Below are positions 53,719-63,059 of a DNA stretch of 64,000 nt, piece after piece. Source of the DNA: a virus; IMG/VR virus record IMGVR_UViG_3300045988_137032, positions 197,693 to 261,692 of that record, one strand, 5' to 3'. Positions within the stretch are counted from its first letter, which is position 1; each line of letters begins with the position of its first letter. The translations under genes were made by a program, and so were the position numbers. Under the pieces are notes generated by a model. That model was not told the origin of the DNA, ran no database searches, and was given only the letters and a program-made list of their open reading frames with translations.

Positions 53719-54720
53719 TTAGATACCAAGCTCAGCCAGCATAGCGTCCAGATCGAAATCATCGGAAGACTCAGTGATAGGATCACCATCAATGATCTGA
53801 TTTGCGCGTTCACTGGTGGGATTATCCAGCTCGTTCTGAATCATGGTCCTTGCAATTCGATCGAGTTCAGGAATATCCTCCTGCTTAAATCCAAGCTCGA
53901 CAAGTTTTGCGCGATGAGAAGGAGTCGTGGGAGAATTATCAGTTGTGTTTACCTGAGGTTCTGCCGCAGCTGCCATTGCACCGGCGTAATCTGTCTTACT
54001 CGCATTGCTCTTTCCAGAAGGAGGCAGCTGACCTGCAGGCTGCTTACCAGCGCCGAGCTGCTTCTGAGCTTCCTTAGTAACCTGGGTATCGGCAACCTGG
54101 AGCTTACGGAGCCACTCACGGATTGCCTTCATGATACCAGACTCCTGGATCTTGGGAGGAAGCTTGGAATAGATCTTATCAACGAGCTTCTGGAAACCAG
54201 TGCTCACCTTCAGAATCTTCTTGTGGATATCATCAGCACGCTTCGTGACAAACTTATTACCAGCGAGGATTGCACCGGTACCTGCAGCGCATGCAGCGAG
54301 AGTCTTAGCGATACTCACAAAATCAGCATTTGCAGCAACCGCATTCACGAGGTTAGAAGCCTTATCAAGAGCCTTATCAAAAGCTTCGCTGATACGGACG
54401 GTCACAGGCTTCTTCGGAAAAAGCTTGTTCTTGATAGCATCAACGATCTTCTTGACCCATGCCTTGAACTTCTCCCAGACAGCCTTAACCTTCTCGCCGA
54501 AAGTCTCAGCCTTCTTCTCAAGAGCAGTGAATTCAACATTACCGTTTGCGCACTCAAGGGCGACATTCATGAAGTCAGAACGAATGGCTTCGCTCTCAGC
54601 AACAATGTGGTCACCCTCCATGTTAAGGACGGATTCCAGCATATCCTGGCAGGTCTCACGAGAGATCTCATTGTTCTGATATGCTTCGAAAATGGAAACA
54701 CGCAGCTTATCAAATGTCAT
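53719..54720 (-). CDS. hypothetical helical A/K/E-rich protein (scaffold-like composition)
   Basis: Start moved to the ATG at 54720 (AAAGGAGA SD). Acidic C-terminal peptide 'SSDDFDLDAMLAELGI'. G/C-ending codon class. Confidence 0.65.
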   Translation of the reverse strand: MTFDKLRVSIFEAYQNNEISRETCQDMLESVLNMEGDHIVAESEAIRSDFMNVALECANGNVEFTALEKKAETFGEKVKAVWEKFKAWVKKIVDAIKNKLFPKKPVTVRISEAFDKALDKASNLVNAVAANADFVSIAKTLAACAAGTGAILAGNKFVTKRADDIHKKILKVSTGFQKLVDKIYSKLPPKIQESGIMKAIREWLRKLQVADTQVTKEAQKQLGAGKQPAGQLPPSGKSNASKTDYAGAMAAAAEPQVNTTDNSPTTPSHRAKLVELGFKQEDIPELDRIARTMIQNELDNPTSERANQIIDGDPITESSDDFDLDAMLAELGI

Positions 54721-54888
54721 AAGTAAAATCTCCTTTACTATTAGATTTTTCATAAGAATTTACTTAGGACATGAAAGCCCTAAGTAGTTTCAATTGGTTA
54801 ATTAGCTGTTTTACTTAAAAATGTGAAGACTTGTCAAACCTCTATATAACATCTGTTTCCACTCTTCATGTTATCGAGGTGATTTGAC

Positions 54889-55698
54889 ATGAAAAACTTA
54901 CTCTCTATTACTCTTATTCCATTATTATTCATTTTCTTTTCTCTGGATGTAAATTACACTCCAGAAGGTGGATTGGTATTTGATACCAATTACACAGAGA
55001 AATCAATATCCATCATATCACAGTATTCTTCCACACAAACTATTTCTGATACCGATCTATCTTATCTGAAGAGATTTGGCGAAAGTAGATTTTATGATAC
55101 TTGGTTATCTTCTTTGAAAGATAGTATTGGTTATCTTGATGAAGAAAATGATTATACGAGTGTCGTGAATACAGCTACGAATTTCTATAATCTCTATAAG
55201 ATGCTCTATCCGGATTCTGATAAAGTGTCAGAGCTTGGATCATATATCCAGAAAGGTGAAGAGCTCACACAAGCTATTTCTACAATAACCGAGGATACAT
55301 CCAATATCATCAATAATTATTCCAATTATCTTAAGGGAGCTACTGTAAAAGTAAATGGTAGGTTTAATAATAGTGAGCAATATCTATATGCTAAGTATAT
55401 GAATCTTACTTATGGATATTACTTAGTTACTTTTACAAATATTCCAAATGAGTCATTTGATGGAACTATCATCTTAGCTATTCCTGAGAATACTCAGGTT
55501 AGAATTGGTAATACTTATACATCTGATATCGTTCTCTTTAATGACACGGAAAATGATATGGATGGAAAATCTTATCAGTGTGGAATCTCTGTAGATGGTA
55601 CAGAATATGAGAATCAAGTAAGTGAGTATGAAGATAACTTAGTTGATCTTTATATTACACTTCCTACACAGATTATTAATCTTGTGAGAATGATGTGA
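54889..55698 (+). CDS. secreted or membrane-anchored hypothetical protein
   Basis: N-terminal hydrophobic 'LLSITLIPLLFIFFSL'. GAGGTGA SD. Confidence 0.65.
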   Translation: MKNLLSITLIPLLFIFFSLDVNYTPEGGLVFDTNYTEKSISIISQYSSTQTISDTDLSYLKRFGESRFYDTWLSSLKDSIGYLDEENDYTSVVNTATNFYNLYKMLYPDSDKVSELGSYIQKGEELTQAISTITEDTSNIINNYSNYLKGATVKVNGRFNNSEQYLYAKYMNLTYGYYLVTFTNIPNESFDGTIILAIPENTQVRIGNTYTSDIVLFNDTENDMDGKSYQCGISVDGTEYENQVSEYEDNLVDLYITLPTQIINLVRMM

Positions 55699-55710
55699 GT
55701 TTACAAAAAA

Positions 55711-55746
55711 AGAGAATGCCTATTGTGGATAAGGCATTCTCTTTTT
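55711..55746. terminator. bidirectional terminator between convergent genes
   Basis: 11-bp stem agagaatgcct/aggcattctct, flanked by A7 and T5. Confidence 0.75.
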
Positions 55747-55747
55747 A

Positions 55748-56425
55748 TTATACCCGGAAGGTTCCTCCATAAAGGAACATGAATACTTGGAACTCATCAA
55801 TGATGAATTGGGACTTTATGTCAATGGCATCGGTCATAGCAATTTCAAAATCAGAATAATCAATCATCTGACCAATGACATCAATCGTATTCGTCAGAAT
55901 AATAGATTTTTCATTCCTGAATAGATTTGCTACTTTTGCATACCAAAGACGTTGTAAGGCCTTGTAGTATTCTTCATTGAAGATATCTGCTGGATATTTG
56001 ATTTTTAATAGTCCCCATAATCCATCGGATAGAGTAACAGAATTCTCAGATTCAAATTCTGTACTTATGATGGATATTGGTGTTACAAGGTCTTCTGATT
56101 CTTCATCTTCGTTTCGTGTATAGTACTTCCGGTCTTTCAGTTTGCAATAGGAATCTTTTCCTCCCATAAAACACAGCGCGTCGGATTCTTTCATCTCACA
56201 TTTCTCAATGATGAATTTATCCATATCACGTTGTGATTTGAATAACTTATAAAGAGGCTTGTTGTCGGTGATTGCATATAGCATTGGACTTGAGCTCATA
56301 TTATCTATCTTAAGATCACAATGCGTTGCATATGCGGTATCACCTGTTATGGGTGGTAATCTTAGTGCTTCACTTGAAAGTGTGCAAGTCCTTGGCTTAA
56401 GATAAAACTTGTATATAGTTTTCAT
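55748..56425 (-). CDS. paralog-family protein, member 4 (distal copy)
   Basis: Start moved to the ATG at 56425 (GGAGA SD). 'LYAITDNKPLYKLFKSQRDM', 'FNEEYYKALQRLWYAKVAN', 'IIDEFQVFMFLYGG' match the 44.6-46.4 kb array. Confidence 0.6.
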   Translation of the reverse strand: MKTIYKFYLKPRTCTLSSEALRLPPITGDTAYATHCDLKIDNMSSSPMLYAITDNKPLYKLFKSQRDMDKFIIEKCEMKESDALCFMGGKDSYCKLKDRKYYTRNEDEESEDLVTPISIISTEFESENSVTLSDGLWGLLKIKYPADIFNEEYYKALQRLWYAKVANLFRNEKSIILTNTIDVIGQMIDYSDFEIAMTDAIDIKSQFIIDEFQVFMFLYGGTFRV

Positions 56426-56488
56426 AAGATATATCTCCAAATAAAAAATATGCAGGGAGAATTCATACTTCTCCCTGCATATTTATCG

Positions 56489-56920
56489 TTATGTGATAGC
56501 TCCGTGATATGCAGTATCCATATTCTTTAATTCTTTCAGAGTAGGTAAATCTGGAACTTCTCCAGATTCAATCATCTCATTCAGAATCATTGCAGCACGT
56601 ATAAGAATCCTTGCATCTCTGTCATTTATTTCACGATGCTTATCAGATACTTCCCGCATGATTACTTCAACTGCATACTGAAGATCATTATCACGATCCA
56701 TAGATAGATCTTTCACGGATCTATAGTATTGCGCTGGTACATAGGAATCTCCATATCGTACCAATTCAAGATCATCTATTATCGATTGATCTAAGCATTT
56801 ACGCTTTACTTTAACGATTGCAGACGTATGATCTTGGTTATCCATTCTGAACTTCTCAACACGATCGATATCAGAACTCACTGCAACCAGCCTATGTTCA
56901 CTGTCGATCACACCATACAA
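56489..56920 (-). CDS. hypothetical protein
   Basis: TTG start with AAAGGAG SD 10 nt upstream; the start codon is uncertain. Confidence 0.55.
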   Translation of the reverse strand: MYGVIDSEHRLVAVSSDIDRVEKFRMDNQDHTSAIVKVKRKCLDQSIIDDLELVRYGDSYVPAQYYRSVKDLSMDRDNDLQYAVEVIMREVSDKHREINDRDARILIRAAMILNEMIESGEVPDLPTLKELKNMDTAYHGAIT

Positions 56921-56950
56921 TATCCATCAACTCCTTTCGTTATATAATTA

Positions 56951-57418
56951 TTAGACGCACAATGCGATGTCATGTACCGCCACGAGTTTACTGATGAACG
57001 ATGTCGGAAGTACTTCCTTTACAGAAGAACTTCTCATGAAGATATTGATAAGCTCTGCAATCTTGATTGCAATCACTTTTACAATCGGAACTACCAATGC
57101 GAGAATTTCCATTACATAATCCAGGAATCCAGTATTCATCCATTTACGGCTGATCTTCTGTCTTTCTTGAATGGACTTCATGGAATAATAGAATTCACGT
57201 TCCTTTCCATTAATTTTTCTACGAGACTTCCGATGGGTTCTCTTATCAACTTCATACAGTTGCATCCGAGTCATCTCAATCTCACGAAGTACACCATCGA
57301 AACTCTTATCCAGAGTATATTTATAATTTACCTCACTTTTCTTTTTCTTCCTTTCTTCTCCATAGAATTGAGCATCGTTCCATCTGATTTTCAGATCCCA
57401 GTTTTGTTTCTTAGACAT
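56951..57418 (-). CDS. hypothetical protein with C-terminal TM
   Basis: 155 aa. Basic N-terminal half. 'VMEILALVVPIVKVIAIKIA' hydrophobic segment. Confidence 0.6.
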   Translation of the reverse strand: MSKKQNWDLKIRWNDAQFYGEERKKKKSEVNYKYTLDKSFDGVLREIEMTRMQLYEVDKRTHRKSRRKINGKEREFYYSMKSIQERQKISRKWMNTGFLDYVMEILALVVPIVKVIAIKIAELINIFMRSSSVKEVLPTSFISKLVAVHDIALCV

Positions 57419-57482
57419 ATGATACTACACGACCTTTCAAGGGATGATCTAAGAAAAACCATTTTATTTTTCCTAGTCTAAT

Positions 57483-57493
57483 ATATAATATAT
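57483..57493 (-). promoter_or_regulatory. promoter-like core ATATATTATAT
   Basis: Exact core 64 nt upstream of the ATG at 57418. Confidence 0.5.
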
Positions 57494-57519
57494 AATTAAA
57501 TTCATTGAAACAAATAAAT

Positions 57520-57702
57520 ATGTTAATAGAGGGAGCGTGTATTGGGCTATGCTTTGCAGCGATATATTACGCTATCCGGAGAAATCTATTAACTAGCGGT
57601 GAAGAGGTAAGCTTTCTAGACTACAGGGATATCGGATGTTTCCGGTATTCGAAGTCGTGGTTTACCTATAGGGGAAGATGGGTTTGGAATAGGAAGGAAT
57701 GA
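57520..57702 (+). CDS. possible small membrane protein (60 aa), or part of a non-coding RNA
   Basis: ATG without a recognisable SD. 'LIEGACIGLCFAAIYYAI' hydrophobic segment, then a basic/aromatic tail. The stop abuts the 12-bp hairpin at 57701-57732. Confidence 0.3.
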   Translation: MLIEGACIGLCFAAIYYAIRRNLLTSGEEVSFLDYRDIGCFRYSKSWFTYRGRWVWNRKE

Positions 57703-57732
57703 CCTAGCAATATCTGCGTGTATTGCTAGGTC
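57701..57732 (+). terminator. 12-bp hairpin with loop TCTGCGTG
   Basis: gacctagcaata/tattgctaggtc, followed by attctccattttatttt. Confidence 0.5.
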
Positions 57733-58045
57733 ATTCTCCATTTTATTTTAATACGTTATGTAACAGTGAGATAGTAGTAGGGTGGAGTCCGGATAAGTCC
57801 TATGAACAAATGAAGTAATCCGGGAGAGGCTACGACCTCCTTGTGTTAAAAGATCAATTTATGCTTTCATGATGGATGACAAATCTCGTTGTCTGGTTGT
57901 CTTCTATGGTAAATGAGTCTAGTATTACGCATGCTAGACTCATTTTACCGTCATCTAGTACAAATAATGTAATAAGTAAAATCGCTATGGAATAGCTGTG
58001 AAATTTTCATAAGTTAATCTCCTTTCTTTATTATAGCGGATAAAA

Positions 58046-58084
58046 GATACGATATGACTCATATTCTTGAAGTCATATCGTATC
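58046..58084 (-). terminator. intrinsic terminator
   Basis: 14-bp stem gatacgatatgact/agtcatatcgtatc, then TTTTAT on the minus strand. After the stop of 58091..59284. Confidence 0.75.
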
Positions 58085-58090
58085 TTTGTT

Positions 58091-59284
58091 TTAACCAATC
58101 ACAGAGCGAACGATCTGCTCATAGCTGGCAATATCTTTCTTGAGTGCAACAGTTTCCTCATTATCAAAGGGAGTATCAAGGAACTTCTTGATATTAGACA
58201 GACTCATCTGTACGGAGTACCGAATCTGAGTACCATTCATAATGAAGTTAAACTTACCAAGATCGAAGTCACCTTCATTGATTTCCTTCTTGAAGGAATT
58301 GATGTAGTTGACTGCTGCATTAATGCGAGCAGAATACTTTGTGATGATGTCATCATTCAAGCTAATGTCTTCCCTCAGATAAACCAGCTTGAGATTCTCA
58401 TGATCGATGACTCTCCACATATCATTTTCACCAGCCATATAAATCTGCATAAACAGATGGAAGGAAGTGGTGAGAATGAAAGTGATATTGGTTTCATCAT
58501 CGAAATCATACGGACTAGATTCCTGGCTTGCCTTGATTCGATCAATCTGAAGGGCAAGCTTTTCAGGATCAGTACCGAGGAAATTCAGCTGACCAAACGG
58601 AGTATTCACATGAGCAATATTACATGCTGCATCTGCATAGTTGTAGAATTCCTTATTGGTCATGAACTCAGTAACGAGGTCAATATCCTTCATACGACCT
58701 GCCATATACTTATAGAGTCTATTGCAGAATGCCTGAGCAAGGACATTTTCCATTGCCTCGTCACCCTTATAAGTATCCCAAGTCTTGTAGGTATGAGTAA
58801 TTTCCTCTTTACCAGTTTTAGGATCAGTTGTCTTGAGCTCAATGGGCTCGGAGAAGATTTCACTTACAACACCACCGGTGACAGACATGATGCTGTCGCC
58901 CTTGAAGAATGCCATGACGTGATAAGACTCACAACCAACAGGCAGGATATTATCAATATCACAGACATTGGTGTTGATATCATCATCTTTCACCATCTCA
59001 TCACGAATGGTGAGGATAGATGCAACCTTCTGCTCAACATCAGGCTGCTTTTCCTTACTGACGAAATTCTGGTAGTCCTTGCCGAGAATCTTCACACTAC
59101 TGCACATACGCTTCAGATAGAAGAGTTCCATGGTAGTGAGTTCTTCGAGTTCGATAGACAGCATGACATGCTGAATGTAGTTGCTCATTCCACTACCGAA
59201 TCCACTCTTACCAATCTTTGCAGCTTCCTTATATCCATTGAAGAGATACTCGAAACCACATGCACGTACTTTTTTGATAATCAT
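58091..59284 (-). CDS. hypothetical protein
   Basis: 397 aa. ATGA overlap with the upstream small gene. No signature recognised. Confidence 0.7.
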   Translation of the reverse strand: MIIKKVRACGFEYLFNGYKEAAKIGKSGFGSGMSNYIQHVMLSIELEELTTMELFYLKRMCSSVKILGKDYQNFVSKEKQPDVEQKVASILTIRDEMVKDDDINTNVCDIDNILPVGCESYHVMAFFKGDSIMSVTGGVVSEIFSEPIELKTTDPKTGKEEITHTYKTWDTYKGDEAMENVLAQAFCNRLYKYMAGRMKDIDLVTEFMTNKEFYNYADAACNIAHVNTPFGQLNFLGTDPEKLALQIDRIKASQESSPYDFDDETNITFILTTSFHLFMQIYMAGENDMWRVIDHENLKLVYLREDISLNDDIITKYSARINAAVNYINSFKKEINEGDFDLGKFNFIMNGTQIRYSVQMSLSNIKKFLDTPFDNEETVALKKDIASYEQIVRSVIG

Positions 59285-59475
59285 TCCGCTTCACCTCTCA
59301 ACTGAATGTCTTTCTCAAGAATTTTACATGTATAAACACCATTGCTATAAGTTGCATTATCGCAATGATTGCATACTTCAGTAGTTTGCTTATCAGAGCA
59401 AAACTGCTTATATACCTCATTTGCGGAGCAGCATCCTAATTTGCAATCGAAGCCGTGGATATTAGTTGTTTGCAT
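59281..59475 (-). CDS. small Cys-rich protein
   Basis: 64 aa, 8 Cys ('CKLGCC', 'CSDK', 'CNHC', 'YTC'). Translationally coupled on both sides. Confidence 0.55.
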   Translation of the reverse strand: MQTTNIHGFDCKLGCCSANEVYKQFCSDKQTTEVCNHCDNATYSNGVYTCKILEKDIQLRGEAE

Positions 59476-60091
59476 ATTCGTTCATCCTCTCAGTTCTGTC
59501 TTTGTCAATGATGTCATCAATATAGATCAGGATATCTCTGCATGTGTTAAATGCAAATCCATCGTTGCGGAATGTATTGGATCGATTGATTTTGGCACAG
59601 TCTAATACACCCTGCGTATATCTTTCATCATCCGACTTATATCTACGATACATCTCTTCGAAGTTTGGATTTTCCATTTTAGATTCGCGGAGTTCCATTC
59701 TCTTAAATCGAAAAGCATCCGATACTGTGATGTAGATAGGATATGCTTTTATTCCCGGAGTAAGCATCACAGTCGGAATCATATCCGGTGTCATAGTAGT
59801 AATGGAATAGTCTGTATCAGGGAATCCTGTACCATATTGCCAAATTTCACCACCGGCAACCTCGTATTTTCTATGTTCCATGAGGAGATTATTGGCAACC
59901 ATTTCATCAAACTTCTTATTGTCGATGAAGATGTATTCGTTACTATCCTTCTCATTGCTTCTACGAGGCCGTGATGTATAGCTTGCTAACTTTGGTAAAT
60001 CAGGACCTTCGATTTCTTCGATCATATTCAAGATCGTTGATTTACCACTACCGGTTTTGCCCAGTAGTATAAAAACTACCTTGTCCATCAT
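59462..60091 (-). CDS. guanylate-kinase-like nucleoside monophosphate kinase
   Basis: P-loop 'LLGKTGSGKSTIL', 'SYTSRPRRSNEKDSNEYIFI', '...GGEIWQYGT' follow the Gmk pattern GxxGxGKST / SxTTRxxRxxExxGxxYxF / YGT. Confidence 0.7.
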   Translation of the reverse strand: MMDKVVFILLGKTGSGKSTILNMIEEIEGPDLPKLASYTSRPRRSNEKDSNEYIFIDNKKFDEMVANNLLMEHRKYEVAGGEIWQYGTGFPDTDYSITTMTPDMIPTVMLTPGIKAYPIYITVSDAFRFKRMELRESKMENPNFEEMYRRYKSDDERYTQGVLDCAKINRSNTFRNDGFAFNTCRDILIYIDDIIDKDRTERMNEYANN

Positions 60092-60213
60092 TATTCAATC
60101 CTTTCTCCATGTATATTAAGGTTATTCTTGTGTAATCTGGGTATTTTCATATTATTATGCTCACACAACGTAAATATAAGTCGTAACCACTAAGAAAGAG
60201 AGGTTTATTCACT

Positions 60214-60618
60214 ATGAATCCTATTATGAATTTCATTACTGGTGATGCCGGTACTGTGATGCTTACTGTCATCTCCATCATTCTGATGGTTCTTGGCATC
60301 ATTGCTGCTAAGGTCCTTATGCTGATGGCTAAGAAGCTTGGTATCGATGTTGATGACAAGACAATGACTACAATCATGAGTCTGATCAACAAGTTCGTTA
60401 TCGCTATGAATCAGGATACCGTTGATAACATGAAGAAGCTGAATGCGGATGGTAAGCTTACTCCGGAGCAGCAGATTGAAGTTTTCAATAAGGTATATGA
60501 GCAGGTTGAAAGCTCTCTGACTGATGAAGAGCGTCAGTATCTGATCAATAAGTTCAATAGCCTTGAGAAGGGTTTGAAGGCACTGATTGAATCTTCTGTT
60601 GGATCTAATCACAAGTAA
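60214..60618 (+). CDS. holin-like protein (LL-H holin family-like architecture)
   Basis: Single N-terminal TM 'VMLTVISIILMVLGIIAAKVLMLMA', then a long helical tail with 'QDTVDNMKKLNADGKLTPEQQIEVFNKV', reminiscent of LL-H-type holins. Confidence 0.45.
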   Translation: MNPIMNFITGDAGTVMLTVISIILMVLGIIAAKVLMLMAKKLGIDVDDKTMTTIMSLINKFVIAMNQDTVDNMKKLNADGKLTPEQQIEVFNKVYEQVESSLTDEERQYLINKFNSLEKGLKALIESSVGSNHK

Positions 60619-60625
60619 TAAGTAA

Positions 60626-60668
60626 AAAGTACGTAGAATGATATTCGTTGTCATCTACGTACTTTTAT
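60626..60668 (+). terminator. intrinsic terminator after the holin-like gene
   Basis: 12-bp stem aaagtacgtaga/tctacgtacttt plus a T-rich tail. Confidence 0.65.
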
Positions 60669-60933
60669 TCCTTGGACAATTTATTAGCAAAGTGATCCGT
60701 CGGTGGAAACAAAATGTATTCCTTGGCTAGATCTCCCTCAATGAGATCTGTGGACTTTCTTCCCGCCAAGAAGAAAAAGAAATGCAGTTCACGTTGGCGT
60801 TATGAAACTATTTGGTGTCGGTATCCCATTTAGATGTAATATCGGATATATTTTGTCAGATTGATGGCCTTTGCGGAAAACAACCTTAACATACAGGAAA
60901 TATGTGCTATATTCGTCAAGGATGTAGTTAACA

Positions 60934-60986
60934 GGTTAAAAATAACCGTATACAGTTTTGATGCTGTATACGGTTATTTTTTAACC
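60934..60986. terminator. 22-bp hairpin overlapping the stop of 60981..62003
   Basis: ggttaaaaataaccgtatacag/ctgtatacggttattttttaacc. Confidence 0.7.
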
Positions 60987-62003
60987 TAAGATATACTGAC
61001 CCATATTTCCTTTACAGGTCTTGTAGCTGTAGAAAAGTTTTGCGAATGTCTTATCGAAGGTTTCACCGTCAATAATAACGCTTTCCTCTTTTACAGATTC
61101 CGGAATCTGGTTATACGAAGAGAAGATCATTTTACCAGGAGTGAATAGAGAATCAGAATAATAGATGAGAAGATCCTGAATACCATATTCCCCACTAAGT
61201 ATACTGACTATCAAACTTAAGTCGGGATATTCATATGCGTAGTTCACGATCGCCTTTATATTATTGACTTTGACGGAGAAACGCATTCTATTTTCACAAG
61301 CTTTCATTTCTTTCTTGTGCAATGGCTCAAGACGATTTGCTTCTAAGAAGTCATTATACTTCTTAGCCCATTTTTTCATATGGAAGAAATTGACTTCGGC
61401 AACATCATTCGACCATTGATTTCTCCAACCAAGACCTTTTACATTTGTGATCTTAGTATTGGTGCATTCCTCTGCAACTTTTCTAAAGAGTTGGATGTAG
61501 AATTCAGGATGCCCATGGACATAGAAGTCCTGAGCACATACTACATTTTCAATGTACCATGTATCTCTCTTTTCGAGATATTCTACATCATCACTTGTAT
61601 GGCCATAGTATCCGATGAATCGGAAGAATTCAGTAAGACGTCCAAGAGATTGTGCTGCGATATCCATCTGAGATCCGTCAGCACCATTGAAAATACTATT
61701 ATCGCCACGTAAGTTGTATGTATTGATTCCAGTAATTTTTATAATGAATCGATCAAACCCGCCATCGAGAAGTTCATATCCATAAGTAAGAAAGCATGAG
61801 AGTTTTGTCACATAGTATATGGTAAAACCATCATCAATCTTTGAATACTTTACTTGTCTCATTCCATACGAATTTGCTCCATCGGAATCATGAATCTTCT
61901 CCATGATCGATTTGAATCTCTCTATGAAGGATTTATCCTTTGGATTCATATAGATATCAAAGCTGATAATCTTTGGTTTGATATGCGTATATTTTTCAGA
62001 CAT
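60981..62003 (-). CDS. hypothetical protein
   Basis: TAGGAGGT SD; 340 aa. Confidence 0.7.
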   Translation of the reverse strand: MSEKYTHIKPKIISFDIYMNPKDKSFIERFKSIMEKIHDSDGANSYGMRQVKYSKIDDGFTIYYVTKLSCFLTYGYELLDGGFDRFIIKITGINTYNLRGDNSIFNGADGSQMDIAAQSLGRLTEFFRFIGYYGHTSDDVEYLEKRDTWYIENVVCAQDFYVHGHPEFYIQLFRKVAEECTNTKITNVKGLGWRNQWSNDVAEVNFFHMKKWAKKYNDFLEANRLEPLHKKEMKACENRMRFSVKVNNIKAIVNYAYEYPDLSLIVSILSGEYGIQDLLIYYSDSLFTPGKMIFSSYNQIPESVKEESVIIDGETFDKTFAKLFYSYKTCKGNMGQYILG

Positions 62004-62083
62004 AATAACTACCTCCTACTTACTATACTTCGTTGTCTACTCAATAGTTCTTTGAAAGATTCCCTTTCAATTTGCTTCATATA

Positions 62084-62094
62084 TTATAATATAT
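62084..62094 (-). promoter_or_regulatory. promoter-like core (10/11), divergent pair, leftward copy
   Basis: ATGATATATTATAA on the minus strand, 80 nt upstream of the ATG at 62003. Confidence 0.45.
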
Positions 62095-62110
62095 CATTTC
62101 AAATAGAAAA

Positions 62111-62127
62111 TATAATGATATATTATA
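62111..62127 (+). promoter_or_regulatory. promoter-like palindrome TATAATGATATATTATA, rightward copy
   Basis: On the plus strand, 41 nt upstream of the ATG at 62169. Inverted relative to the copy at 62084. Confidence 0.5.
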
Positions 62128-62168
62128 CCGATGAAGCCAATAAGAAGATAACCAAAGGAGGTTAAAAT

Positions 62169-62429
62169 ATGGCTAAGAAAACAAAGCGTATTACCAATAC
62201 GATTATGGATGTGAGTGCTCAGACATTTGTTGTGAGCAGTTCTGCATTCATGGGCGCTGAGATGGTCAAGCTTTCTGCTGGACGGTTATCTCGTAAAGAG
62301 AAAAAGCAGATCAAGAAAGTGCAGATGGTCTCTGGCGTCGGTATGATCGCATCCAGCACTCTCATGGTTGCAGCGAACGTTGTTGCACCGATTCCGTTTG
62401 ATGGCACCCGTTACACGTTTGATGACTAA
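62169..62429 (+). CDS. small membrane protein, tandem paralog A
   Basis: 'LSRKEKKQIKKVQMVSGVGMIASSTLMV' matches 'MSRKEKKQLRKIRDTATMLTIAGSMGTMV' in the next gene. Confidence 0.65.
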   Translation: MAKKTKRITNTIMDVSAQTFVVSSSAFMGAEMVKLSAGRLSRKEKKQIKKVQMVSGVGMIASSTLMVAANVVAPIPFDGTRYTFDD

Positions 62430-62442
62430 GGAGGATATTACA

Positions 62443-62751
62443 ATGGGTAAGAAGTCTAAGAAAGAAATCGAGAAGAAGTCTGCAATGCCTATGAACCCTG
62501 GCAAGATGGCTGCGTATTCCGTGTATGCGACTGGTGCATGTGCATCTGTTGTGCTCGGTTCTACTCTGGCTTTGGACAATGTGAAGATGAGCCGTAAGGA
62601 GAAGAAGCAGCTCCGAAAGATTCGTGATACCGCCACGATGCTCACCATCGCTGGTTCCATGGGCACGATGGTCTACACCACCTTTGCAACTGCGAAGGCG
62701 TGTTCCAGCATCGATATGTCTCGTTATGAAGCTCTTGTCGGTAAGGATTAA
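62443..62751 (+). CDS. small membrane protein, tandem paralog B
   Basis: Start moved to the ATG at 62443 (AAGGAGGA SD). Confidence 0.65.
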   Translation: MGKKSKKEIEKKSAMPMNPGKMAAYSVYATGACASVVLGSTLALDNVKMSRKEKKQLRKIRDTATMLTIAGSMGTMVYTTFATAKACSSIDMSRYEALVGKD

Positions 62752-62793
62752 TAATCCAGTATCGACATTACAGTCAGGAAAGGAGTTGACTGT

Positions 62794-62967
62794 ATGAAGG
62801 ACAAAGCGAGAAAGAAAAAGAAGAAGCAGGCTAAGGTGACCTTTGATGAGAACTATGATAAGTTCTCAATTCGTGCCGTTTATGAGTTTGCCATGAAGCG
62901 GCATGAATATGAAGAAGATCATCCTGATCAGCAATTGCAAACGAAGTATACAGTTGTGAATGATTAA
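62794..62967 (+). CDS. small basic/acidic protein (57 aa, below ORF-track cutoff)
   Basis: My own translation: MKDKARKKKKKQAKVTFDENYDKFSIRAVYEFAMKRHEYEEDHPDQQLQTKYTVVND. AAAGGAG SD 7 nt upstream. Confidence 0.5.
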   Translation: MKDKARKKKKKQAKVTFDENYDKFSIRAVYEFAMKRHEYEEDHPDQQLQTKYTVVND

Positions 62968-63059
62968 AAATCATCATTCTAACTTGTATGTAAACTCTAA
63001 TTATGATAGCCCTGGATTTACTAGGGCTTCATAAATAAAAAACAAAGGAGAGATAAATT

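Noticed and set aside
58091-59284. Flavin-dependent thymidylate synthase (ThyX), suggested by size and by its position next to the NMP kinase
   Set aside because: The ThyX signature RHRxxSxxxxS is absent, and no ThyA motifs are present either. Left as hypothetical.
60670-60933. About 260-nt non-coding stretch after the holin-like gene, possibly a decayed gene or small RNA
   Set aside because: It has only one short 7-bp hairpin (agatctc/gagatct) and no ORF, repeat or motif I could support.
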